Positions 19,111-27,758 of a stretch of DNA of 64,000 nucleotides are shown in pieces. Every line of letters begins with the position of its first letter. Position 1 is the stretch's first letter. Under the pieces are notes generated by a model. That model ran no database searches and was not told the DNA's origin. It saw only the letters and a list, made by a program, of their open reading frames with translations. This stretch comes from Prevotella sp. (GTDB taxonomy: Bacteria > Bacteroidota > Bacteroidia > Bacteroidales > Bacteroidaceae). Where the stretch lies: the NCBI GenBank assembly GCA_017474925.1, contig JAFVGN010000002.1:41662-105661 (forward strand), read 5' to 3'. The position numbers and the translations under genes were made by a program.

Positions 19111-19169
19111 CAAAGGTACGAAATATTTTTTATTTTTATTTCTTATTTCTTATTTTATTCGTATCTTTG
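19111..19169. promoter_or_regulatory. Back-to-back -7 boxes with TTATTTC/TTATTTT heptamer repeats between them
   Basis: CAAAGGTA at 19111-19118 and TATCTTTG at 19162-19169. Confidence 0.7.
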
Positions 19170-19182
19170 CCCCCGAATTGCA

Positions 19183-19644
19183 ATGATGTTAGAACTGCAT
19201 AACGTGACTATAGGCCAGCAGGTTCGCTCGCTTTCGCTGACTATCAATGACGGCCAGCTGGTTTGTCTCTCGGGTCCCAAAGGTTCGGGTAAGACTACAT
19301 TGCTTAGGGCTGTTCTAGGACTGATTCCCATAGACGGAGGTCATATCAGCATTGACGGTGAACTGCTGACACCCAAGTCGGCTCCTTTTTTCCGTCGGCA
19401 GATGGCCTATGTGCCTCAATATCTCTCAGTGCCAGAAGGTTGTATTCAGGAAACTGACTATCTGAAATTACTTGGTGCGGCTGTAGAATCAGAAAAATCA
19501 TTGCTCATCGTTGATGAACCGGCACAAGTGTTCAGCATGGAGGACATGCAGACGTTAGACCAACTGCTTGTGGAGGCATCTCGGAAAGGCAAAACCGTGT
19601 TGGCAGTCAATTCACGAATCCAGGAAAATCAAGTTCGTCTATGA
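19183..19644 (+). CDS. Shortened ABC ATPase (FetA-like) lacking the signature motif
   Basis: Walker A GPKGSGKT, Q-loop YVPQ and Walker B LIVDEP are present; no LSGGQ; only 153 aa. Confidence 0.75.
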   Translation: MMLELHNVTIGQQVRSLSLTINDGQLVCLSGPKGSGKTTLLRAVLGLIPIDGGHISIDGELLTPKSAPFFRRQMAYVPQYLSVPEGCIQETDYLKLLGAAVESEKSLLIVDEPAQVFSMEDMQTLDQLLVEASRKGKTVLAVNSRIQENQVRL

Positions 19645-20036
19645 AAATCTTCTATATCATCGTCGTCTTTGCCGTTCTCCTGTGGAAAGCTTATTATGCT
19701 TTCTTGCGTGGCCAGAATACCATTAAAAAGGATATTCGTGAGCATTACTCGCTGTATGAATACTTGTTGGGCAACGGAGCCACAGAACAAGAGGCTCGTC
19801 GTCCCTTTCTGTTTCATTCACTTAAGCGTGCATTCTACCCCTTGGCTTCGCAGTGGCGCCTGTTGCTCATTCTACTGGCCTTTGCCCTGCTGATGGGAAT
19901 TGTCGTCGACAGCCTCACTATTCGGTTGGCGCTGCTTCTCTTGCTTGTTCTCATGTTCATTGTCGCATTGGGCATTGTGATTACTATTTGTATTTATTCC
20001 AGAATCCAGAAACCTAATCGATGGACGTCGCAATAG
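19641..20036 (+). CDS. Small membrane protein resembling part of a FetB/UPF0014 permease
   Basis: YEYLLGNGATEQEARRPF motif; ATGA overlap with the ATPase gene. Confidence 0.55.
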   Translation: MKIFYIIVVFAVLLWKAYYAFLRGQNTIKKDIREHYSLYEYLLGNGATEQEARRPFLFHSLKRAFYPLASQWRLLLILLAFALLMGIVVDSLTIRLALLLLLVLMFIVALGIVITICIYSRIQKPNRWTSQ

Positions 20037-20788
20037 CATCTGCTTGGGAAATGGTGAAGGCTCCGCTGAAGGAGGATTTAAAGCCTGAGGAGCGTACGGA
20101 GGTGACTACACAGTTGTCGGAAATGGTCATCAGAGTGGCTACGCATGTCATTTGTCATACGTTGGTGGATTATGCAGGGCTGTTGAGCGACGAGCGTATT
20201 TCTATTGCCCATGCATTCCTTCAGCGGGTTACCTCGACGCAGATGTGTAACCATAAACTGACAGCCGAGGGACTAGTGTATCAGTATAAAGGTCAGGAGT
20301 TTGAGCTGCACGAAGAATACAAGACGATGACGCTGACAAGAACAGTGTATGAGCATTTGGTGGTGTTCTATTTCTTGTTCGAATATCCTAAGACGGGCGA
20401 GGAATTCATTTCCATGTGGAAATACTGGAAACGTACAGGTCAGATAGAGCTGGCGAAAGAGAATGGGAAACGAGAGCGCTTGTCCTATAGCAAAGCATGG
20501 AAATATCTATTTGCCAATGAGGAACTGTCGTTGCTCTATAGCCATCTCAGCATGCACTGCCATCCCGTGTATAGCGGACTGAAGCAATACCAGAGCCAGT
20601 CACCGGACGACGAGGGCAACGATTGGGTACCTTTGTATCTTTCAAGCTGTTTTGTGGCCTATTTATGCCGATTGTTCCTGAAACTCATCCCTCATGGCGA
20701 CGAGGTGGTGAAGAAAGGATTCAGCATGCGCGAACAAGCTGTATTCTATGCACTGTCGAATATCCTTCTGACAGGATCGAAGTCTTGA
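20021..20788 (+). CDS. Hypothetical helical protein, DUF5677/HEPN-like
   Basis: LTRTVYEH and LYSHLSMHCHP motifs. Confidence 0.5.
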   Translation: MDVAIASAWEMVKAPLKEDLKPEERTEVTTQLSEMVIRVATHVICHTLVDYAGLLSDERISIAHAFLQRVTSTQMCNHKLTAEGLVYQYKGQEFELHEEYKTMTLTRTVYEHLVVFYFLFEYPKTGEEFISMWKYWKRTGQIELAKENGKRERLSYSKAWKYLFANEELSLLYSHLSMHCHPVYSGLKQYQSQSPDDEGNDWVPLYLSSCFVAYLCRLFLKLIPHGDEVVKKGFSMREQAVFYALSNILLTGSKS

Positions 20789-20916
20789 CTACGGACAAGA
20801 AAGTCAAGTGGCTTAAGAAAAAAATAGGAAAAGGCTACGAGTTTTTGCTGTTTTTTTTGTAAATTTGCAGGCCTAAATGAGGTTTTATTAATAATTTCAA
20901 GGTAAAGAATACGGTT

Positions 20917-22350
20917 ATGGGTGGTTTTTTTGGTACGATTTCGAAAAATGACTGCGTAAATGACTTGTTTTACGGGACCGACTACAACTCGCACTTAGGT
21001 ACAAAACGCGCTGGACTAGTGACTTTTGACGAGGAAAGTGGTTTTCACCGCAGTATCCACTCGTTGGAGCGCCAGTATTTTCGTTCTCGTTTCGAGGATG
21101 AGCTGGATCAGTTTAAGGGGCATCAAGGTGTTGGTATCATCAGTGATACAGACCCTCAGCCCATCATCGTCAACTCACATTTGGGGCGTTATGCCGTGGT
21201 GACGGTGGCAAAGATAAACAATTTGCGCGAGATAGCCGACGAACTGCTTGCCAATCGTATGCATTTTAGCGAGATGTCGGCCAATAACATCAACCAGACG
21301 GAACTTGTGGCCCTGATCATCAATATGGGTGACACATTTGCTGAGGGTATTAACAAGGTTTACCAGAGAATTAATGGGTCGTGCTCGATGCTGATTCTTA
21401 CGGAGGATGGCATCATTGCTGCACGTGACTTTTTGGGACGTACTCCCATCGTAATAGGGAAGAAAGATGGCGCTTATGCCGTTTCGAGCGAGACAACGAG
21501 TTTCCCCAATTTGGATTACCAGGTTGTTCGTGATTTGGGACCAGGTGAGATTGTCCGTCTGAGGGCTGATGGGGAAGAAGTGATACAGAAACCGTTGTCA
21601 CGCTGCCAGATATGTTCATTCCTTTGGGTCTACTATGGCTTCCCTGCCAGTGATTACGAGGGTATTAACACAGAAGATGTACGCGAGAAGAATGGCCGTC
21701 TTATGGGTGAGAAAGATCAGGATCTTGAGGCTGACTTGGTGTGTGGCATTCCTGATTCTGGTGTAGGAATGGCTTTGGGTTATTCTCACGGTAGCAAGAT
21801 TCCTTATAAGCGTGCCGTGTTGAAATATACGCCTACATGGCCACGCTCCTTTACTCCAGGTAACCAGAAACGCCGCGATTTGGTGGCAAAGATGAAGCTG
21901 ATTCCCAACCCATCCATTTTGAATGGACAGCGGATTGTTTTCTGTGATGATTCCATCGTTCGGGGTACACAGCTTCGTGACAATGTGCGTACGTTCTTTG
22001 ACTATGGTGCAAAGGAAGTACACGTCCGCATTTCATGTCCTCCGTTGGTCTACGGTTGTCCGTTCATTGGCTTTACGTCTTCGAAGACAGACATGGAATT
22101 GATTACCCGCCGTATTATCAATGACTTTGAAGGAGATGACAAGAAGAACCTGGAGAAGTATGCGAAGACAGGCTCGCCAGAATACCAGCGTATGGTGGGG
22201 GAAATAGCCCGTCGCTTGGGGCTGACCAGCGTGAAGTTTGCCTCGTTAGAAGACCTTATCCATTCAATAGGACTGCCCAAGGAACGTGTCTGTACCCATT
22301 GCTTCGATGGAACCTCCTATTGTCATGAGAAGGACAACGAAGAAGGGTGA
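20917..22350 (+). CDS. purF: Amidophosphoribosyltransferase-like protein lacking the N-terminal catalytic Cys
   Basis: RDFLGRTP, GIPDSG, PRPP-binding DDSIVRGT and Fe-S cysteines; the N-terminus is MGGFFG. Confidence 0.9.
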   Translation: MGGFFGTISKNDCVNDLFYGTDYNSHLGTKRAGLVTFDEESGFHRSIHSLERQYFRSRFEDELDQFKGHQGVGIISDTDPQPIIVNSHLGRYAVVTVAKINNLREIADELLANRMHFSEMSANNINQTELVALIINMGDTFAEGINKVYQRINGSCSMLILTEDGIIAARDFLGRTPIVIGKKDGAYAVSSETTSFPNLDYQVVRDLGPGEIVRLRADGEEVIQKPLSRCQICSFLWVYYGFPASDYEGINTEDVREKNGRLMGEKDQDLEADLVCGIPDSGVGMALGYSHGSKIPYKRAVLKYTPTWPRSFTPGNQKRRDLVAKMKLIPNPSILNGQRIVFCDDSIVRGTQLRDNVRTFFDYGAKEVHVRISCPPLVYGCPFIGFTSSKTDMELITRRIINDFEGDDKKNLEKYAKTGSPEYQRMVGEIARRLGLTSVKFASLEDLIHSIGLPKERVCTHCFDGTSYCHEKDNEEG

Positions 22351-22442
22351 ATATCGTTAACAAATCATAAAGCTGGAAGCTCATAGTTCAAAGTTCGAAG
22401 TTAATTTCGTAACTTTGCAACGCAAAATATACATTTGGAAGC

Positions 22443-23228
22443 GTGAAAATTAAACAAGTGCTGAGCGCCCTTGAACAATTCGCGCCTCTGCCTTTGCAGG
22501 AAAGCTGGGACAACGCTGGCCTGCAAGTGGGATTGACAGAGGCGGAGGTTTCAGGGGCATTATTGTGTCTAGACGTCAACGAAATGATTGTTGATGAGGC
22601 CATCAGGAAAGGTTGCAACCTCATTGTGAGCCACCATCCTTTGTTGTTCCGTGGACTAAAACAGGTCTCTGGTCAGGACTATGTCCAGCGGTGTGTCATG
22701 AAAGCTGTCAAGAACGACATCGTGATAGCGTCGATGCACACTAATATGGACAATGCTATGAATGGCGTCAACTGGAAGATTGCAGAGCGTCTGGGACTGA
22801 TGGACTGTCGTTTCTTTGCCCCCAAGCAAGTTAACGGCATAGAGGCAGGTAGCGGTGTAGTAGGGACTCTGCCCCAGCCGATGTCAGCCAAGGACTTCAT
22901 TTTAGAGGTTAAAAAACTGTTTGGGGTGGAGTGTGCTCAGTGTAACGAGCTGTTGCAACGTCCTGTCAAGCATGTGGCAATCTGTGGTGGAGCGGGCGAT
23001 TTCCTGCTGGATGATGCCGTGCTGGCTGGTGCCGATGCATTCATAACAGGCGAGATGCACTATCACGTCTATTTTGACCATGAGCAGAAAATACAGATTT
23101 GTGTGATAGGCCATTATCAGAGCGAGCAGTACACTACGGAAATTTTCCGTGACATCATCAATAAGGAATGTCCGGGCTTACGTACGGATATCGCAGAAAC
23201 TAATACGAATCCTATTGTGTATATTTGA
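22443..23228 (+). CDS. Nif3-like dinuclear metal center protein
   Basis: WDNAGLQVG, SHHPLLF, HTNMD, GHYQSE. Confidence 0.93.
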   Translation: MKIKQVLSALEQFAPLPLQESWDNAGLQVGLTEAEVSGALLCLDVNEMIVDEAIRKGCNLIVSHHPLLFRGLKQVSGQDYVQRCVMKAVKNDIVIASMHTNMDNAMNGVNWKIAERLGLMDCRFFAPKQVNGIEAGSGVVGTLPQPMSAKDFILEVKKLFGVECAQCNELLQRPVKHVAICGGAGDFLLDDAVLAGADAFITGEMHYHVYFDHEQKIQICVIGHYQSEQYTTEIFRDIINKECPGLRTDIAETNTNPIVYI

Positions 23229-23271
23229 ACATATCATTGCTAATTATTATATTCTAAATAACAGATAGATT

Positions 23272-24129
23272 ATGGCGAAGAAAGATCCAACAGAAATGCC
23301 AGTTGAAGAGCGTCTGAAAACTCTTTATCAGCTGCAACTCACGCTTTCGGGTATTGATGAAAAGCGTGCATTGAGAGGCGAATTGCCTCTGGAAGTACAG
23401 GACCTTGAGGATGGTGTCGAGGGACTGACCACTCGTATTGAGAAGATACAACGCGAAATTGCTGAGTATGAGCAGGCCATTACCATGAAAAAAGGTGAGA
23501 TAGAGACTGCTAAGGCCAGTGTAGAGCGCTATAAGACACAGCTGAACGATGTGAAGAACAATCGTGAGTACGACACGTTGTCAAAGGAAATAGAGTTCCA
23601 GACGCTAGAGATTGAACTTTGCAACAAGAAAATCAAGGAGGCCAACTTGCGTATCGAAGAGAAAAAGAATGAGCTGGCTCAGAGTGAGGAGGTTATCGAA
23701 GACCGTCGCCAAGCTTTGGAGGCCAAGAAAAGCGAACTGGACGAAATTATGGAGGAAACCCGTGCAGAGGAAGACAAGTTGAAGGAAAAGGTGAAAGAAC
23801 TGGAAAGCAAGATAGAACCCCGTTTGCTGACCTCGTTCAAGCGTATCCGTAAAAATGCTCGCAATGGTCTGGGCATCGTCTACGTGCAGCGTGATGCTTG
23901 TGGCGGTTGCTTTAATAAGATTCCACCCCAGCGTCAGCTTGACATCAAGATGCACAAGAAGGTTATTGTCTGCGAGTATTGTGGACGTATCCTTATTGAT
24001 CCAGAACTGGCTGGCGTGAAGCTGATGCCAACAGGTACTCCTGATGCTAAAAAGACACGTAAGCGTGCCATCCGTAAAACGGTGAAGAAGGACGACGAGA
24101 CCCCCGATGTCCCAGAGGCAGAGGCATAA
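23272..24129 (+). CDS. Coiled-coil protein with a C4-type zinc ribbon (DUF164/CT398-like)
   Basis: Long coiled coil, NNREYD.L.KEIE, CGGC...CEYCGRIL. Confidence 0.9.
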   Translation: MAKKDPTEMPVEERLKTLYQLQLTLSGIDEKRALRGELPLEVQDLEDGVEGLTTRIEKIQREIAEYEQAITMKKGEIETAKASVERYKTQLNDVKNNREYDTLSKEIEFQTLEIELCNKKIKEANLRIEEKKNELAQSEEVIEDRRQALEAKKSELDEIMEETRAEEDKLKEKVKELESKIEPRLLTSFKRIRKNARNGLGIVYVQRDACGGCFNKIPPQRQLDIKMHKKVIVCEYCGRILIDPELAGVKLMPTGTPDAKKTRKRAIRKTVKKDDETPDVPEAEA

Positions 24130-24143
24130 GGCAAAAGAAAGGT

Positions 24144-24180
24144 AAAGCCCGCTGATGAAGACCATCGACGGGCTTTTTTT
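24144..24180. terminator. Intrinsic terminator
   Basis: AAAGCCCG...CGGGCTTTTTTT between convergent genes. Confidence 0.75.
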
Positions 24181-24628
24181 ATAGGTCTTTGTAGTCAGGT
24201 ACTTCTTTCAGGAAAATGTAATGGCGATTGTCATAGTCCATCTTGCAGCAAATGTGTTGCAGTCCGTTTGAAATCGTCAGATAGTCTACGTGGAGCAGTA
24301 GATTGTAGGCTGAAATCTGGTCAAAGACACGCTGGGTCAGAGAAATGCGGGGAGCTTTGTATTCTATGATCATCTGGGGCCTGGCCTCCTGATTGTACAA
24401 GATAGAGTCACAGCGAAGCGTCTTGTCACCATACCTCATTGCTATCTCGTTGCCCAAAAGCCCCTGTGGATAGCCCTTGTGATTGATTAGCCAATGGGTA
24501 AAATGCTGACGTACCCATTCCTCAGGCGTTAACGCAACATAGCGCTTACGCAAGAAATCGAAAATTTCAGGTTTTTCGCGCGTGCCACGTACTTTCACAT
24601 CGTATGGAGGAAGTTCAAGTTCATTCAT
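24179..24628 (-). CDS. Stand-alone type I restriction enzyme HsdR N-terminal domain protein
   Basis: TPEEWVRQH, RCD..IEYKAP, Q...YN, SNGLQH (PD-(D/E)xK-like). Confidence 0.88.
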   Translation of the reverse strand: MNELELPPYDVKVRGTREKPEIFDFLRKRYVALTPEEWVRQHFTHWLINHKGYPQGLLGNEIAMRYGDKTLRCDSILYNQEARPQMIIEYKAPRISLTQRVFDQISAYNLLLHVDYLTISNGLQHICCKMDYDNRHYIFLKEVPDYKDL

Positions 24629-24642
24629 ATCGCCTGCAAAAG

Positions 24643-24699
24643 TACGAAAAAACGAGAGAAAAGCTCAAATAACTTTGGTTTTTCTCTCGTTTTTTCGTA
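24643..24699. repeat. Perfect 20-bp inverted repeat overlapping divergent promoters
   Basis: TACGAAAAAACGAGAGAAAA (24643-24662) and TTTTCTCTCGTTTTTTCGTA (24680-24699). Confidence 0.85.
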
Positions 24700-24790
24700 A
24701 CTTCTGCAAAGCAAAAGTTACTTTGTCTCAGAAATGAAAAGAAAAACGTGTTTTCCTTTTGCATTTTACTCGACTTTTCGTAACTTTGCA
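24691..24790 (+). repeat. Two-hairpin promoter-carrying repeat, copy 2 (holA promoter)
   Basis: GTAACTT..AAGTTAC stem, AAATGAAAAG..CTTTTGCATTT stem, then TTTG-N19-TAACTTTG. Confidence 0.75.
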
Positions 24791-24792
24791 AC

Positions 24793-25818
24793 ATGGCTCA
24801 GACAGGTGTAACATTCAACAGCATTATGAGCGACCTTCAGGCTCGCCAGTTCAAGCCCTTCTACTATCTGATGGGTGATGAACCTTATTATATAGATAGA
24901 ATTACGAACTGGATAGTGGAGAATGTATTGCGGCCAGAAGAACGTGACTTCAATCAGACAATCCTCTTTGGATCGGATGTCAATGCTGCTCAGATTGCGG
25001 ATGTGGCTCGTCGTTACCCCATGATGGCCGAATATCAGGTCGTAATCGTCAAAGAAGCTCAATACATCAAGAATGTGGAGCCTCTAGAGAAGTATCTGAA
25101 GAATCCCATGCCTACGACTATTCTTGTCATGTGTCATAAGAATGGTAAGATTGACGGTCGTAAGCCGGCTTGGGTAAAGGCTGTTCGGACTGTTGGTGTG
25201 CTTTTTGAGAGTGTGAAACTGAAGGATAGGGACCTTCCTCCCTTCATCGAAGGTTATTTGAGGGCTCGTAATGCATCAATTGACAATAAATCGGCACAGA
25301 TTATAGCCGAGTCTATTGGCTCAGACCTGAGCCGCCTGACCAGCGAGCTGGATAAAGTGCTTCTTTCGTTGCCTGAGAATGACAGGAGGGTGACCCCTCA
25401 GGTGGTTGAGGACCAGATAGGGGTGAGTAAAGACTTCAATGGGTTTGAGTTGCGTGATGCCTTAGTGAACCGCAACGTTTTTAAAGCCAACCAGATTATT
25501 AAGTATTTTGACGAGAATCCAAAGGCGGGGAGCATCTATGTCTTACTTCCTCTTGTCTTTAACTATTTCCAGAATCTGATGATTGCCTACTATTGTCCAC
25601 AGAAAAATAGTCAGGAGGCGCTGGCTCAATGGCTGGGCTTTAAGACACCTTGGGGTATCCGTGAGTATATGACTGGCATGAAAAATTACTCTGGGAGGAA
25701 GGTGATGCAGATTCTGGGTAAGATAAGGGAAATTGACGCCAAAAGTAAGGGACTGGACAATCCAAATACCCCTCCTGGGGAGCTGATGAAGGAATTAATT
25801 TTCTTTACACTACACTAA
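24793..25818 (+). CDS. holA: DNA polymerase III subunit delta
   Basis: YYLMGDEPYYID, DFNQ...G, YPMMAEYQVVIVKEAQ, ELDK, IGVSKDFN.FEL. Confidence 0.92.
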   Translation: MAQTGVTFNSIMSDLQARQFKPFYYLMGDEPYYIDRITNWIVENVLRPEERDFNQTILFGSDVNAAQIADVARRYPMMAEYQVVIVKEAQYIKNVEPLEKYLKNPMPTTILVMCHKNGKIDGRKPAWVKAVRTVGVLFESVKLKDRDLPPFIEGYLRARNASIDNKSAQIIAESIGSDLSRLTSELDKVLLSLPENDRRVTPQVVEDQIGVSKDFNGFELRDALVNRNVFKANQIIKYFDENPKAGSIYVLLPLVFNYFQNLMIAYYCPQKNSQEALAQWLGFKTPWGIREYMTGMKNYSGRKVMQILGKIREIDAKSKGLDNPNTPPGELMKELIFFTLH

Positions 25819-25821
25819 AAT

Positions 25822-25847
25822 AGGGGCATTTCTGATGCCTCTTTTTT
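25822..25847 (+). terminator. Intrinsic terminator after holA
   Basis: AGGGGCAT-TTCTG-ATGCCTCT followed by a T-run. Confidence 0.7.
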
Positions 25848-25990
25848 CTAGAATGCAATTTTTCCTGAACAAAGAAAAATGCCCTCAAATGCCGATGTAC
25901 AAAGGATTTCTTGACAATAATAAGCCCTTGTATTTTTCATATTTCAAAATGTTCGCCCAATCGCCAGGATTTCGCTCAAAAATCCCTTTT

Positions 25991-26544
25991 TTTACAAAAT
26001 CAGAAGGGTAAAAATTAGATTTAACCAACTTTAATATTTAAAATTCAAAATTTACAAACCAAAACAACAATAAATATATGAATCAATTTGAAGTTTATAA
26101 TTGTATATTAAGAGTCGAAAACAAAGGATAATGTATTTAAATATGAGTTTGTAAACACAAATCTTTCTCTTTAATTTTCCATATTCATACGCATGCACAG
26201 GGCTGTATACACTTGTAAATGTTTGTAAATCAAGCGGTTAATTATTTTTGTTAGAAATAATTCCAATAATTTGGTCTATTTATAAAAGCTACCGCTAGCT
26301 TAAGCCCCAATAATAACCATAGTGTAATCATATATACCTAAAAACCAGCAAATTTAAAAAAAATACTTCTATAATCCCTTTGTAAATATTTAGTCTTGTA
26401 AATATAGGTTTGTAATCGCGACATAAAAAATTTTATCTTTTCGAAGGAAGGTTTAGAAATTCGAATTTATAAATTCAAAATTCAAAATTCAAAATATTCT
26501 TTAGATTTCTTGTGTAGTTCGAAAAAAACCTTTACCTTTGTAAA
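25991..26544. repeat. AT-rich intergenic region with eight exact TTGTAAA motifs
   Basis: Copies at 25991(-), 26051(-), 26149, 26213, 26223, 26380, 26396 and 26538. Confidence 0.7.
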
Positions 26545-26585
26545 ATCAAACAAAAATGGGCTTTTTGCCCCTATTTTCGACTTAA

Positions 26586-27071
26586 ATGGAAACAAAAGAC
26601 AGAATTCGAATGATCATGGAGGACCAGCACATGACCCAGCAGGTGTTCGCAGATTTCCTCCAATTGGCTCCTGCCACCCTGAGTAGTATATTCAATGGAC
26701 GCACGCGTCCTACTCTCAACATCGTTGAGGCTATAAAATCGAAAATTCCTGACATAAGCACAGAATGGCTACTCTTTGGTATTGGTGAGATGCATGTCTC
26801 CCACTCCAATGCCACAGAGTCGCCTTTAGAGGATGTTTCTAACAATGGTGTGGAACAGATGCTCAACTTCGAACCACCTACTACTGGTTCTTACCAGCAG
26901 GTTGTGCAGGTCCCTCCCTATCAGGGTATGAATAGCCCCGTAAGAGGCGGTCGCATGGAATTGGTGCGCAATGATGTGAGAATCGAGGAAAAAGAGCCTC
27001 GTAAGGTCACAGAAATCCGCGTCTACTATGACGATCAGACCTATGAGACCTTTGTTCCAGCTAAAAAATAG
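26586..27071 (+). CDS. XRE-family helix-turn-helix protein
   Basis: MTQQVFAD.L.L..ATLS.I.NGRTRP..EWLLFG.G.M; C-terminal IRVYYDDQTYETF. -7 box at 26533-26540. Confidence 0.88.
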   Translation: METKDRIRMIMEDQHMTQQVFADFLQLAPATLSSIFNGRTRPTLNIVEAIKSKIPDISTEWLLFGIGEMHVSHSNATESPLEDVSNNGVEQMLNFEPPTTGSYQQVVQVPPYQGMNSPVRGGRMELVRNDVRIEEKEPRKVTEIRVYYDDQTYETFVPAKK

Positions 27072-27090
27072 CGTTTTTTAAACAATATTG

Positions 27091-27306
27091 TCACATCTGT
27101 GGCGGTCCTTTTACAAAAAAGAGGAAATGCGAGACCTGTGGCAGTCCACTATGCTCTCTTTCCTGACAGTCTGTCAAGATGAAGTTCTGATGGGCTAAGC
27201 TCTTCAGTCGTTCGATATGCTCGTCCATACTGAAGATACGTTGAACCAAAGTCCAGCGCATGACCATCAGAACCAGTATTGTTAATAGAAATATAGTGAT
27301 ATTCAT
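27091..27306 (-). CDS. Putative small membrane protein (71 aa)
   Basis: ATG start with a hydrophobic N-terminus; TATTTTTG -7 box at 27331-27338 just upstream. Confidence 0.45.
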   Translation of the reverse strand: MNITIFLLTILVLMVMRWTLVQRIFSMDEHIERLKSLAHQNFILTDCQEREHSGLPQVSHFLFFVKGPPQM

Positions 27307-27465
27307 TGATTGTCTTCAATAGTTTCACTGCAAAAATAACAAAAAACTGCGCCAAATGATGATGGCGTGGTCTTCTTTTAGTTTTTTTTAACCATTTTGC
27401 TTGTTTCCGTTAGGCTTGTTGGTATTTATCTTCGGGTGCGAATAGTCTTAAAAATGGCCAGCTTA

Positions 27466-27576
27466 TAAATAAAATGAAAGCCGCAAGTATCACTACCTAC
27501 GGCTTTGACTATTAATATAACGTGTATTTCCCTTATTAATAATGTTATCCTTCTACAATCTTTTTTCCCTATTGAC
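27466..27576 (-). ncRNA. Candidate small RNA
   Basis: -7 box at 27581-27588, no ATG ORF, ends in a 13-bp hairpin with G-U pairs, a GUGA loop and a U-rich tail. Confidence 0.45.
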
Positions 27577-27758
27577 GCTGCAAAGGTACGAATAAAAAGA
27601 TAAATAAGCCACAACTTTTCGTAGTTTTAAATGTAATAAGTACAATTATTTGACCTGAGTCAAAAAAACATGTCCGAGTCCTGTTGTGGGAGTTTTAATC
27701 ATAAAAAAGGCTACAGTATTTGGCTTTCTTGTGAAAAACAACTAACTTTGCAAACGCT

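Noticed and set aside
24179-24628. Type I restriction-modification system
   Set aside because: Only a stand-alone HsdR N-terminal domain is present, with no hsdM, hsdS or helicase, in a housekeeping context.
26121-26150. dif-like site (GATAATGTAT...)
   Set aside because: The XerD arm (TTATGTTAAAT-like) does not match.
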